A stretch of DNA of 64,000 nucleotides from Octopus vulgaris (lineage: Eukaryota): contig OX597814.1 of NCBI GenBank assembly GCA_951406725.2, positions 69,936,001-70,000,000 on the forward strand. Direction: 5' to 3'. Of this stretch, positions 37,280 through 50,699 are shown piece by piece (the first letter of the stretch is position 1; each line of letters starts with the position of its first letter). Made by a program: the position numbers and the translations under genes. A model generated the notes under the pieces. That model ran no database searches. It was not told where the DNA came from and saw only the letters and a list, made by a program, of their open reading frames with translations.

Positions 37280-40200
37280 TGTTCTGGTGAAATCCTGACA
37301 CCCCTGTGGGATAGCTAGTGAACTATCTTAAACCTTATAAAGGTGCATGTGTACTGAAGGTGCAATGTACAGTGTGGTGTGTGCAGTCACATTTGTAAAG
37401 GCAGTCTTAGAAGTTGTTGAGAAGTGATATAAGTTTGTTACATGTTTGTTACTGATTTAGTTTTTCTAGTGTTATAACACTGTTACAGTTTTGTCTATAT
37501 CCAAACTCAAGGTTATAAGAGTGGTGATGAGACATTTGAAACTCACTGTGGACATTTTTAGCATAGAAGACCTATTAGCTTCCATGGTACAGTTGCAACG
37601 GACACTACAACAACAACAGAAACAGTTGCAATGGCAACTACAACAGCAACAACAAGAACAACAGCAACAGCAACAATATCAACTGTTGTTGGAATTATTG
37701 TTGCAGTCCAAAATCACTTCAGGTTTGTTTATGGCAGACGGGGTTGCTAAGAATTTACTTATAATCCAGAAGAAGGGATTACATTTTCTGCATACTTCAG
37801 AAGATATGAAGGAATCTTCAAAGAAGAAAGTAGAAACTGGATGGATGAAAAAAAGGTACAACTTTTTTTAAAGAAATTATCACCCGCAGAACATGAAAAG
37901 TATTTTAATTACATCCTGTTGAGAAAACCATCTGAAATTTGTTTCTAGGAAACAATTAACTTGTTATCTAAAATATTCTGTGAAAGAAGTTCACTATTTA
38001 ATATTTGCTGGGAGTGCTTGAATTTGAAAAAAAAAAGAAACTGAAGATTTCATCACGTATGCCAGACTCATAAACAGAGAATGTAAAAAATTTAAGCTCA
38101 ACGAATTAACCCCAGACATGTTCAAATGTGTAATCTTTGTACAAGGATGTAATCTTTGTGCAAGCAAGGATGCAGAGATACATCATCATCATCATCGTTT
38201 AGCGTCCGCTTTCCATGCTAGCATGGGTTGGACGGTTCAACTGGGGTCTGGGAAGCCAGAAGGCTGCACCAGGCCCAGTCTGATCTGGCAATGTTTCTAC
38301 GGCTGGATGCCCTTCTTAACACCAGCTGTCAGATACAGGCTCAGATATTGACAAAACTAGAACAAGATTTGAAACTTACTCTACAGGCAGTTGTTGAAGA
38401 ATGCCAAAGGATTATAAATTTATGACAAGATGCAGAAAAAAATTGAAAAAGATAATTCAAATGTATATACATGTCAACCTGTAACAGATAAGAAAAAAGA
38501 AAAACAACAGTCAAGATCCAAACTATGCTATGGGTATAGAGAAATACATTTTAAAAGAAACTGTCCTTTTGAAAACCTAAAATGTTTTGGATGTGGAAAA
38601 ATCGGACATAAGAATTCACATTGTTGAGTGAAACAAAAGGTCAAATGAAAAAATTTTGAGAAAAAATATTGTCAACATAAATGCAAAGCGAGGCACAAAA
38701 AAGAAAATTTGTCTCCTTAAAAATAAATAATGTGAGTATGAGACTACAGCTGGATACAGGTAGTGATATCATGATAATTAACAGTGATACATGTAGAAAA
38801 ATAGGAAAGCCTATATTGAAATAACTTCGAAAATTGCATGAGGTTTTTCAGGGGAAACAATTGTGATTTTGGGGCAAAATAATAAGTGAGGTGACATTTC
38901 GTGGAAAAACTTTAAAAGCCAAAGTTTTTGTATTAAAAAATATGACAAACTATTTGGCACAGACTGGATAGAACTATTTAATTTATGGGACCTCCCCATA
39001 AATATTTTTTGTAATAATGTAAACAGTTCTTACACCAGTTCAAAAAAAGCATTGGAGGATTTAAAAGAGAACTTAAAAAAGATTTTTCCTGATGTTTTTT
39101 CTGAAGAATTAGGTAGGTGCACCAAGACAAAAGTAAAACTTCAAGTAAAAACAAACAATGTACCAGTATTTAAATTGGAGCTTTACATTTTGCGACATTG
39201 AATCAGGTCATCAAGGAATTGGATAGACTTGAAATGCTTGGACTTATAGAAAAAATAGATTATTCAGAATGGGCACCACCAACTGTTTATGTAAAGAAAA
39301 ATAAATAAATAAAATACGAGTATGCGCTGACTTCTCAACAGTCTTGAATGAATGTTTGATAACATACAATTACCCATTACCAAGTCTGGAGGAAATTTTT
39401 GTGAAATTCAGTGGAGGAAAATTTTTTTCAAACTTGGACTTGTCGGAAACATATTTACAATTACAAGTTGAAGAGGAATGTTTGAAATTATTAACGATAA
39501 ACACCCATAAAGATTTATATGAATTCAATCAACTTCCTTTTGGGATAAAGGTGGCACCTAGTATTTTCCAACAGGTGATGGACAGTATGCTTGCAGATAC
39601 GGATTTTGCTATAGCTTACCTGGATGACATACTTGTAAAACGTGAGTCTTGAGGCCAGCATGAAGAACATGTTAAAAAGGTCTTTGAAAGAATAAAGGAG
39701 TATGGATTTAAACTTAGCAAGGAAAAATGCAAATTTTTCATGCCAGAAATAAAGTATCTGGGCAAGTTATTGATAAAAATGGTTGCAGCCAGATCCTTTA
39801 AGATTGACTTCAGTAAAAAATATGCCTCCCCTAAAAAATATTACGTTACAAGCATTCTTGGGGTTCACAAACTATTACCAAACATATACATGAGCTAAGA
39901 GCACCCCTAAGCAACCTATTGAAAAAAGACATTATTGCATTCGAAGAAATTAAAGTTTTAACATAGGAACTGTCATTATTGCACTTTGATCCAAATTCAC
40001 AGCAAGCAAGGCACAGGGCCAGACTTTAGATCATGTAGGTGTATTTATTTAAAAATAGTAGTAGCATCAGATGCTAGTGAAAGTGGTATAGGAGCAGTAA
40101 TCTTCAACAAGTATGAAAATGGTAGCCTAAAACCCATCGCTCATGCTTCACATTCATTGTTGGCAGCTGAAAAAAACTACGACCAAATTGAGAAGGAGGC

Positions 40201-41990
40201 ATTAGCCATTATTTTTGCGGTGAAGAAATTTCACAAATTCATGTATGGAAGGAAATTGAGTCTGCAGACAGATCACTGCCCATTGTTGTCAATTTACAGA
40301 GTGAAAAAGGGTATCCCCATTACATACAGCCAACCAATTGCAGCGCTGGGGGATGATCCTGCTGGGGTATGACATTAAGATGGAATTTCTACCATTGAAA
40401 ACTCATGAGACATGCAGATAGGCTGTCAAGATTGATTCCTAAATACAATGACCCGTTAGAAGACACAGTAATAGCAGCATTAAAAGCTGAAATCAAAATA
40501 AAATATATAATCTGCAATGTAGTACATGAACTACCTGTCACTTTAGAGTAAAAAAAAATAAAAATAAGAGAAGGATGTGTTCATAATAAAAATGAAAAAA
40601 AAATAGTGAAGTCAGAAACAAATTCAAAAACTAATGTAGCCAAGCATAATAGTTTCGAAATGGTATTTGATATGTGATGACATACTTATGTACACTCAGA
40701 GGGTTGTAACAGCTGTTTCTTTGCAAAATCGTATGCTAAAAGAATTCCACATGGGACATCCAGGAATCATATTCTGGTGGCTGAATATGGATCAGGATAT
40801 TGAAAAATTGGTGAAAGCCTGCAGGGGTTTTGCCCTGGCAGCAAAAGCACCACCTATAAAAATTCAGCCTTGGCCCAAGACTGACATACCTTGATCTAGA
40901 TTACACATAGATTTCGCAGGACCATTAAATAGAGGGTATTATCTAACAGTTGTGGATAGTTACACAAGATGGCCAAAAATATGTAAATGTAGGAAGTCAA
41001 CCTCCAAAGTAACAATGGGATTTCTGGATGAATTTTTTGCGCAATATGGCGTCCCAGACACTATAGTGTTTGATAATGGAACACAGTTCACATCAAAGGA
41101 ATTTAAAACCTTTTGCAAAATGCATGCTGTGGAGCATATTACTACTCTGCCATACCATCCGAAATCGAATAGACTAGCGGAACTTTTTGTAGACATGTTA
41201 AAGAGGACGCTGAAAAATTCTAGGAATGTGCTACTAGCTGAAACTGTATTAATGCAATTCTTAAGTGTCTACCGAATAGCACCTAACCCCAACACCACTT
41301 TAGATGTGTTGCCGGCTAACTAATGTTCAGTGGGAGAGTCAGGTCAGTGTTTGATAAATTACTACCCAGAAGAAAAGAAAAAGTGGAGAGAAATACTGAA
41401 AATAAGATAAAATACTTCAAAATCGGTGACAAGGTGTTTTTTAAAATATTCAGAAATGGAAAGGAAAGTTGGGAAGAAGGTATAACAAGTAAACGTTTGA
41501 AACACAAAAGACATTTAAACTAACTGAAAAGAAGGTTTACAGAAGAAAGAATAAGACATGAAAAACCAATGGAATTTCTTTGACATTTTTGACGTCCCAG
41601 TACCTCAAGGAATAGTCAAACCAACAAGTATATCAACTAGGAAAGGAAAACAAACAGAACTTTTGCAAGTAGAGCCAAAACGAAAAAAATATTCCAATTT
41701 CTTCCTGGGGAATTGAAAAAAAGTAGGGGTAGATGTGGTAATATATAATAAATGAAAGAAAAATATTGACTTCCAAAGAAAGTCAATCTCAAAAAGGGGA
41801 GATGTTGTAGTGAAATCCTTGTGGGATAGGAAGTGAACTGTCCTAAACCTTATAAAGGTACATGCATACTGACAGTGCAATGTACAGTGTGGTGTGTGCA
41901 GCCACATTTGTGAAGAAATATAAGTTTGTTGTGTGTTTGTTTCTGATTTAGTTTTTGTAGTTCCAGTGTAGTCTAGATCCAAACTCAAGG
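37280..41990 (+). mobile_element. Gypsy LTR retrotransposon (Mag/K02A2.6-like), full length, decayed
   Basis: LTRs 37280-37520 and 41803-41990; PBS TGGTGATGAG; PPT AAAAAGGGGAGA. Gag with poly-Q and CCHC knuckles, protease LDTGS, RT AYLDDILV, RNase H VASDAS/EKEALAIIFAVKKFH, integrase HMGHPG/VPDTIVFDNGTQF. Confidence 0.93.
38180..38330 (-). mobile_element. RTE 3' end fragment inserted in the Gypsy gag
   Basis: (CAT)n tail; matches the reverse complement of 56470-56612; AGATACA flanks both sides. Confidence 0.82.
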
Positions 41991-42016
41991 AATAGTCATA
42001 CCAATAAGTATATTGA

Positions 42017-42200
42017 CTAGGCGATATTTTCTGTTTGATCAGCACTAATTTTCAATTTACTGGAGTCTGTTGCTCTACTCATAGTGACATATAACTGGCT
42101 GTGTGTAAACATCAGAGTCGGTAAAAATACACCTACATGATCTAAAGTCTGGCCCTGTGCCTTGCTTGCTGTGAATGTGCGAGAATTACTCATGGTCAGT
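42017..42200 (-). pseudogene. Helitron Pif1-like helicase C-terminal fragment
   Basis: TASKAQGQTLDHVGVFLPTLMFTHSQLYVTMSRATDSSKLKI (helicase motifs V/VI). Confidence 0.82.
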
Positions 42201-42239
42201 GAATTTTTTAATAAAAATGCGAAGGTAGTTTTTCGATTC

Positions 42240-42372
42240 AAAAAAGAGTCTTGCATTATTTTGCTGTTCTGTAATGTTTGTGTCAGCTGGTAGATTTCTT
42301 TTTCTGAAAACACTACCTTTTCCAGATTGTTACTTAAGCATTTACTCAAAAAACCAAGTGCACCAATTATTG
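42240..42372 (-). mobile_element. R4/Dong-like non-LTR element, extreme C-terminal fragment
   Basis: PTIIGALGFLSKCLSNNLEK resembles the end of the 43392-43652 ORF. Confidence 0.5.
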
Positions 42373-42384
42373 TTGGTGAAAATG

Positions 42385-43145
42385 TGCTGGCATTGGTTGG
42401 ACGATTTGACTGAGGACTGGCGAACCAGATGGCTGCACCAGGCTCCAATCTGATCTGGCAGTGTTTCTACAGCTGGATGCCCTTCCTAACGCCAACAACT
42501 CCGAGAGTGTAGTGGGTGCTTTTACATGCCACCGGCATGAGGGCCAGTCAGGCGGTACTGGCAACGGCCACACTAAGTGGTGTTTTTTACATGCCACCTG
42601 CACAGGAGCCAGCCCAGCGGCACTGGCGACGACCTCGTTAAGATGTTTTTCATGTGCCACCAACACAAGTGCCAATAAGGTGATGCTGGTAACGATCACA
42701 CTCGAATGGTGCTTTTTATGTGCCACTGGCATGGAAGCCAGTCAGCTACTCTGGTAGCAATCATGCTCAGATGGTGCTCTTAGTGTTCCACTGGCTTGGG
42801 TGCCAGTCATCGAATTCGTGAATTTGATTTGATTTCGATTTCACTTGCCTCAACAGGTCTTCGCAAGCAGAGTTTAGTGTCCAATGAAGGAAATGTATGC
42901 ATAAGTGGGCTGGTTACACCCCTGGCATAGGCCATGGGTTATGATCTCACTTGGCTTGCCAGGTCTTCTCACGCACTGCATATTTCCAAAGGTCTCAGTC
43001 ACTAGTCATTGCCTCGGTGAGGCCTAATGTTCGAAGGTCGTGCTTCACCACCTCATCCCAGGTCTTCCTGGGTCTACCTCTTCCATAGGTTCTCTGAACC
43101 GCTAAAGTGTGGCACTTTTTCACACAGCTATCCTCATCCATTCTC
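42385..43145 (-). mobile_element. RTE 3' end with a modular repeated 3' UTR
   Basis: RMDEDSCVKKCHTL...GRGRPRKTWDEVV; repeated GGTGCTTTTTACATGCCAC modules. Confidence 0.85.
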
Positions 43146-43319
43146 TGTTGAAAAATAAACCTCATTTGGTCACATTCCAGGAATATATCTTGATCAGTCA
43201 TCCCTCATACATACACACACGCATATGGTCTTTTTTCTTTCTCATTATTCTTTTAATTTAGAATAAATTTCAACCAACCACCTGCTTGGTTGCAAGGTTG
43301 TGAAAGGAAGCATCTTGTT

Positions 43320-44340
43320 TTGTTCATCATCCTTTAAATGTTAAAAAGGTCTTGCAGATTTTTATAGTCTCAGATATTGTGATCATTTTTATCATGTATG
43401 AATTAAGGATTTGCACTCTCTCCACAAGGTCCCAAGTTCAGCCATCCTTTGAATCAGACAGCTTGGTATGTATCCTGTTGCTTCAATAATGATAGATATG
43501 AAGCTGAAAGAGCATCTTGGGTACTGAATTTGAAAAGACCTTATCAATGGCTCATAGATGTCTTCATTCTCTTGTATCTTTCTAACCACATTCGTGTCCA
43601 GAGAGTAGCTGATTTCCACTACAGAACATATCTTTTCCTTGTGGTCCCTCACAACATTACCTGGGCAGTTGTGTTTTAACTTGGTGGCTGCTTTTATTTT
43701 TAAGTTCCACCAATATTCTTTTGACCCAATATAACCAACTTCATATATATAGGTGTTTTCTTTTTTTCTATCCTGTTCCAGACTGTTCTGACCACTGCAT
43801 CATGCCTTATGAAAAGATGGATAATATCTGGAAGACAGTCTCTCACAATTGGCAAAAATGTAGTTGTCTTCAGTCCTGATCTTGCACAGCCTATATTTGT
43901 TGTCAGTCAGCATTTTCTGTTTTTTATGCTGTAGGTACTTAGCGGGAATCTCTTGTTTTTGAATTGCGTGGAGGTATCCCTCAAAGTAGGATGTCATAAA
44001 CTTGTCGGTACTCCATACCAAGTTTTGACATGATCAATCCCATCTGTGGTTTGTGTTTTTTCGTGCCAAGTACCCATGTGCAATCATCTCAGTGAACTGG
44101 TTCAGTTTTTTTATCTTGTTCTTCTAATAAATAAATTTTACCAATGCTTCTTAGGGAGAGGTCTGTAATAGTTCATATTTCATACTTCTCTTTAATTTTC
44201 TTCTGTTGTTGATTTCATTGTCACAAACTTGGGTGAGATTGTGACTGGTTTCTTTCCTCTGCTGCAGATGTTGTTTTGGTGTGACAGTATGTATTCTGAG
44301 CACATGGTCTATTCAGTTTGCAAATCAGGATGCTAGTACA
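43320..44340 (-). mobile_element. R4/Dong-like non-LTR retrotransposon relic (CCHC plus restriction-like endonuclease)
   Basis: EGYLHAIQKQEIPAKYL, RLCKIRTED..IFANCERLSSRYY, VVEISYSLDTNVVRKIQE..DIY..L, IIIEATGYIP. Confidence 0.7.
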
Positions 44341-44763
44341 AGAGAAATCACAAGAAAAAATGACAAGTTAGATGCAAAAGTTTGGAGGGTGAATAAGAAT
44401 GGAAAAAGAAAGAAAATTAGAGCTATGTCCCCTTTGGCCATAAAGCCATAATTAAGTTAATTGTTATAGAATAAAACAATTCCGTTGGGTCCAAAGTCTG
44501 GCTCAATCAGGAGAGGGAATGTCCTTCAGGTTGCCAAAAGAAATTTTTCAATATGTTTGCATTTGCTGAAAATTTTGGATCTGGAATTAAGCAGTAGTGG
44601 AATTCTTGGATATCAAAAGGATATGTGATCTTTCAGCTATGCATGAGTTGTATTTCTTAGATCTGTTAACATATGGCATGGATCTCTCTACAATTCTCCA
44701 CTTGATTGTATGTGGTGTGCTATTTACTTTTGTGGATGTGCCGAAAAGAAAAGTGGTTTGTAT

Positions 44764-45178
44764 ACTCTTTACTCTCTCTTTTACTTGTTTCAGTCATTTG
44801 ACTGCGGCTATGCTGGAGCACCGCCTTTAGTCGAGCAAATCGACCCCGGGACTTATTCTTTGTAAGCCCAGTACTTATTCTATCGGTCTCTTTTGCCGAA
44901 CCGCTAAGTGATGGGGACGTAAACACACCAGCATCGGTTGTCAAGCAATGCTAGGGGGACAAACACAGACACACAAACATATACACACACACCCATATAT
45001 ATATACATATATACGACAGGCTTCTTTCAGTTTCCGTCTACCAAATCCACTCACAAGGCATTGGTCAGCCCGGGGCTATAGCAGAAGACACTTGCCCAAG
45101 ATGCCACGCAGTGGGACTGAACCCGGAACCATGTGGTTGGTTAGCAAGCTACTTACCATACAGCCACTCCTGCGCCTG
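44764..45178 (-). mobile_element. Full-length tRNA-derived SINE with a CORE-like domain and LINE-like tail
   Basis: A box TGGCTGTATGG, B box GGTTCAGTCCC, CTTGGGCAAGTGTCTT core, internal (TA/TG)n, tail as at 2078-2130. Confidence 0.88.
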
Positions 45179-45479
45179 TATAACATCTTTTGAAATTAAC
45201 TTCACATAACCTGGTGTAATTTTTCTTTCTAGTCAGGTTATCTTGAAGCATTACTGTGACCTCTGCCTCATATATGATGGAGTTTATCATACACACCTAG
45301 TCTTGTGGGCAAGCTTCAAGGTTTTGATGGTTACAACTGGGAGTGAGCTCTTGGTGATACTTATGAGGGTCACTTCCCCTTTCATCAGTTGGTCTCTGAA
45401 GAATCAAGATGTTGATGAGTGATTTGCAAGATTTACAAGCCATGTAGAGAAATACTGTCAGTAAAGTGAGTGTTAGCAA

Positions 45480-47700
45480 TGAATTAGTGTGCTGGTATTA
45501 GTACACAAGGGCTTGCTTCTTAGTCCTTTCCTATTCATCATAGTCTTCCAGGTCATAGCAGAGGAATTTATGATGTGCTACTCTTGAGAACTGCTATATA
45601 CTGATGACCTCATTCTTATAGTGGAATCTATAGTTAGAATGAGAAAAAAAATTCCAGGTTTGAAATTCCACTTTTGAAATCAAAAGTGCCTTAAAGCTAA
45701 CTTAGCAAAAACTAAAGTTCTAGTTAGCAGGAAAACAGACCAGACTTCATTCCTTTCAAGAAAATGGCCCTGCTCAATATGACTGAAATGTGAAGGTAAG
45801 AAATTCTGTATGGTGTACACAGTGCAGCTCTGGACACATATGAGTTGCTGTGGAATCACATAAAAATGAACAGAGAAAGGAGACTTTGTTTGAAGAAGAT
45901 GTACTAGAGCAATAAAGACTAAAAACACTGGAAATAGATTCTCTGAAATGCCCTGGTGGCAGTAGATAGTTTTTGCTGTCTAACTAGCAGTGGAGAAGGA
46001 TGTTCTGAAAATGTAATTGCTAGAATAAGAACAGGATAGAGAAAGTTCAAGGAGTTATTACTTCTGTTGATAACAAAATATCTTTTTGTCAGAGTGAAAA
46101 GCACATTGTATGATGCTTCTATGGGAACAGTAATGTTGCATAATAGAGAGATGTGGGCCCTGAATGAAGAGAACATGAGAAGACTGGAAAGAAATGAAGC
46201 TAGTTTGCTCTGGTGGATGTGCAGTGTAAGTGTACATGAATGTCATAGTATAAATATACTGAGAAAAAGATTGGGCATAAGAGGAATCAGATGTAGTGTG
46301 TGAGAAAGAAGACTGCACTGGTACATGCACGTCACATGAGGATGAGGACAGTCGTATAAAGAAATGCCAATTGCTTAGAGTGGATGGAGCTTGTGGAATG
46401 GGGTGATCCAGGATGACATGGAATGAAGCAGTGAAGATGACAAATAATGGAGGTGATTGGCATTTCACTGTCCTTGATAAAACCCACCCATCACCACATA
46501 AGTAAGGTCCTAAAAGTATTTGGTTTATGTCTATCCACTCAGCAGGTCCTGCCCTTGTCCTTGTCAAGCTTTCCCCACCTCCCATCTTCCTAACATCTCT
46601 TCATTACACCTATGGCACTATCCGTTTGGTGTGATTATATGATAGTAGAATCTGCACATATTTCTCCCCTTTTGTCCTACTAGTTTCCCTCAGTCTCAAT
46701 ATCATCCATTCCGTTTTATTTTCCATTGCTCATCTCTTTTTGTGTATACAGGTATCTCTCCCTCTCCTGTGAGTTACATCACCTCTAACCTCATTTTTAA
46801 CACTTTATATCTGCTATCGCTATGTCTTGCCATTTTTGTCTTCCAGTCACTAAAGTCACAACTGTGTACTTGTAACCTTCATATATATATATATATATAT
46901 CTCATTCCCTCTCTCCTCATCTGTCTACAGGTTTATTATACTCTGCTCTGTACCCCATTTCTGTACTGTTACTTCTCAACTTTTTCCTGTCATACTCCTC
47001 TTACACTCCTATAAACTTAACCATACATACTTAAATGCATAGGGTATATGACATCTAGAAACGAGTGAAGCTAGCATACTTCATTAGATTTACAACATAA
47101 GTGTGCTTGTATGACAAAAGTACAAATGTGTTGAGAGAAAAAATGGTCATAGGAAATCAGATGTATGCACTGGTATGGTCATGTGATATTCATGGAGGAG
47201 GAATGACATGCTAATTGTTAAATGTGTATAGAAATTATAGAAAAGGAAAATCTTGGGAGACATGGGACAAAGTAGTGAGAGCTAATCCCAAGATATGGAC
47301 CTTCATAGAAGAAACACAGAGTACTAGGATGATTAGCAATTCACTGTGTTCAAGAAGACACAGCTGTCAGGGTGTGAGGTCCTAACAGCATTAAGTTTAT
47401 GTCTATATACTAACTGGGCCCTGCCTCTGCACCTAATCTGTATTTGTCAAGCCTTCCCCAACACCTCATCATAACAAACAGATCCCCATCATTCTTTTGC
47501 TTGTATATGGATGAAGACAGTTGTGTAAAGAAGTGCTGATTGCTTAAAGTGGATGGAACTCATGGAAGAGGGACATCCAGGAAGACATAAGATGAAGTAT
47601 TAAAAGCTGATCTCAAGATGCTGAGCTTTACAGAAGAGATGACAAAAGACTGAGATGATTGGTATTTTGCTGTGCTTGAGAAGACCCATCCATTACTGCA
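45480..47700 (+). mobile_element. Old RTE fragments
   Basis: LYDASMGTVMLHNREMWALNEENMRRLERNEASLLWWMC at 46067-46303; further 3' pieces at 47040-47350 and 47505-47690. Confidence 0.72.
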
Positions 47701-48025
47701 AAAATGATATTCTAAAATCCACTTTGTTTTCCTTGTACATGTGAGGCCTTGTCCTCACTCTCTCACCTTCTCTGACACATCAAGTATTTCTCTCTATTTT
47801 CATCTTTCTCCCATCTATGATACTTCTTGACTACTGTATATTAAGAAAAAGAAAGCAGTCAGAATTTTGGAACAAAATTGGAATCTATTACATCCCATCC
47901 CCTCACGGTTTCCCCACCATCAACTACTTCTATTTCTGCCAACACTATTTCAACCAATCACCTCTGATCTCTTTCTCCATTCTGTTATATCCTGTTCTAA
48001 ATACCTCTCTTATCTGCTATCATTC

Positions 48026-50338
48026 TGTTGTATCCTCCATCTCCAGTGTTGTGTTACTGCCACAATATTGTTACAGATGGTTTAAATACACTGTATCAGT
48101 GTTGTAACAGTAAACAAGATAATGCTGCAGCCATAATAACACAATGATCCAACAGTCTCTTCATGAACCAACAATCAATATTTTAAACAAACTAACCATC
48201 CGACACCCGATTTTACTGCAAACTTCACCCCAACCACTACTATTTATAATTGCTCGGTCCAGTCTATTTCTAGTAAGGGGACATTGTGACTCTTGTCACA
48301 ACATCTCCCATTTTGAGATTTTGACTTCCGTAAAAAGTGAAATTTATTTTCTTTTTTCTTTTTCCAGCACCACTCCCTCTTTTTCTTTTTTTTCTTTAAA
48401 AAATTTAGTACCTTTTTCATTTTGACATTATTTCTAAGTGTACAGTCTGTTTCTTTTTTCTACAACTGCTTCTACAAGGCTCAATCTCTTTCGGTGTTGG
48501 CACCTCAAATATGTCATAGCAGAATTCCATTGGTATTTCCTTTCATTTTTCAGTGTATCTTGTCTTTAATTGGTTTAGGTGTCTCTTCAGCTCCAAACAT
48601 TGTCCTTTAATTATATACATAATGTTTCCTAATCTTTTAGTTACAAAACGATCCTCTCAACTTTCTTTACCATTTTTGTAAATTTTAAAATGAACCTTAT
48701 TTCCTCCTTCAAAATGTGTTCCTCAGATGGCTTACTTTTAGAAGGTCTTATGGGGAGAGCCCATAAATCAAATAACTCCAACCAGTCTGTACCAAACAAA
48801 TTGGTAGTGTTCTTTACGTGAAAAACTTTCGCCTTGCACGATTTTCCTCAAAATGTGATATCATTCCACATTTCACCTACAAAGTGTAGTTTGTCACCCG
48901 TCATGCCACGTGCAGTTTTTGCTGTTTTTCTTAACATAGGTTTCCCTATTTTCTTCCATGTGTTGGTGTTAATGATTGACATGTCACTATTAGTATCCCA
49001 TTATAATTTAATATTTACTCTGTTTACTTTCCATGTACAAATTTCCTTATTTGGAAGTCAATTTTACTTTCTGCTGAGAGCACTTTAGAATTTTTTACAT
49101 TTGTCCTTTTTGTTCTGCAGTGTGAACTTTTGTGTCTAAATTTTTGACAACTGTAACATTTTTGGTTTTAAAAGGACAATCTTTTCTGAAATGTAGGCTT
49201 CCACATCCATAATATGGATTAGGACCTAGCAATCTTCTTTGGTTATACTTTCTAGGTCAACATATCTGTATTTTTGTGAAATCCTTTTCTTGAATTTTTC
49301 TTATGTCATGTTTCAGATTCACTATCCTTAGACACACTTCTGCAACAGTCTGCAGGGTTAAATTTTGATTCACTTGTTCAAGTTTTGAAAGAATTCTTGC
49401 CCATATATCTGTATCTTCATTTGCTGTAAGGCCTTGTACAAAAATGAGGCACTTAAACATCCCAGGAGTAAGTTCTTTCAGTTTAAAATTTTCAGACATT
49501 CTGTTGACTGTTCCTGCTTACATAATAAAGTCATCATCCTCTTTTTTAGTTAATTTGAGTGTTAGAGAAGTTTTATCACCAAATATATTAGACAGTAATA
49601 GGATTGTTTCCTGAAAACAAATTTCACTAGACTTTTTGGGCAGTATCTTTCATGCTCAGACAGGGCTAATTTACATAATAACCTTACTTTTTCTTTGTCC
49701 GACCATGTTTTGCAATCTTTTTTTAAAATCTCCTCGTACCTTTTGCAGTATGCTGCAAAAGTTACACCTTCCTCTGGATTATAACTATTATAGAGTTAGA
49801 TATATGTCTGGCAAAAACAAACTTGCTGCATTTTTGGACTTCTTTGTATATAACTCCAATAATTGTTGTTATAGTTGTTGCTGTACTTGTTGCTTCTGCA
49901 ACTCCTGTTGCTGTTCTTGTTGTTGCTTTTGCAACTGTATTATAGAAGCTAATAGGTCTTCCATCATTTAACAAATTGTATCACTAACAAATTGTTAAAT
50001 AACCTATGTGAGCTTTGAAGCCCTCATCGCTAGATGTATCCTCCATCTCCAGTGTCATGGTATTGCAATGATATTGTTATGGATGGTTTAGATACACTGT
50101 ACCAGTGTTGTAACAGTAAATAAGATAACAATGCAGCTGTAATAACAACGTAATGATCCAACAATCTCTTCACGGACCAACAATCAATATTCTAAACGAA
50201 CTAACAAACTGACACCTTCTGACTTCACTACAAACACAACTCAAACTAACACACAAACTTCACTCCGATCACCACTGTTTATAATTGCTCAGTCCAGTCT
50301 ATTTCTCACAAGTGGGTGTTGTGACTCTCAACACAACA
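48026..50338 (-). mobile_element. Internally deleted Gypsy element (gag-protease only), two LTRs and TSD
   Basis: LTRs 48026-48303 and 50032-50338; PBS-like TAGCGATGAG; PPT; TSD CATTC both sides. Gag FKLKELTPGMFKCLIFVQGL is related to the 37280 element. RT, RNase H and integrase core are absent. Confidence 0.86.
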
Positions 50339-50699
50339 CATTCTCAATGCCCTTTCATTCTACCATCATGACCCACCTACTGTATGTGTCCCTACACCCC
50401 TTGTCTTTAAATCTTCTTCTCCACTGTTCCAACACCTTGCACATCATTCCACTGCTTTTTTTTCTTTTCATCTTCCCAAGCCACTCTTATATCTCTCTCC
50501 TTACTCCTGTACATACTAGTATTTCCCATCATCTATACCCCTATCCTTGTTCACACTTTATTAACCTCTACCTCCACCTGTTTACTTCCCCCTTACACTC
50601 ATATGAAAGCATCCACTCTCTTATGTCCTCTTATGTTCTCAAGGTGAGGGTTTGCTCAAGCACCCCATTAATACCTTCCTCTTATCTCCTTGACATTAA

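Noticed and set aside
37590-37700. Poly-glutamine ORF suggesting a host regulator
   Set aside because: It is the N-terminus of the Gypsy gag, directly after the PBS; mirrored in the related element at 49860-49940.
42510-42800. Repeat-spacer pattern resembling a CRISPR array
   Set aside because: Degenerate repeats within an RTE 3' UTR in animal DNA; spacers are related to each other and there are no cas genes.
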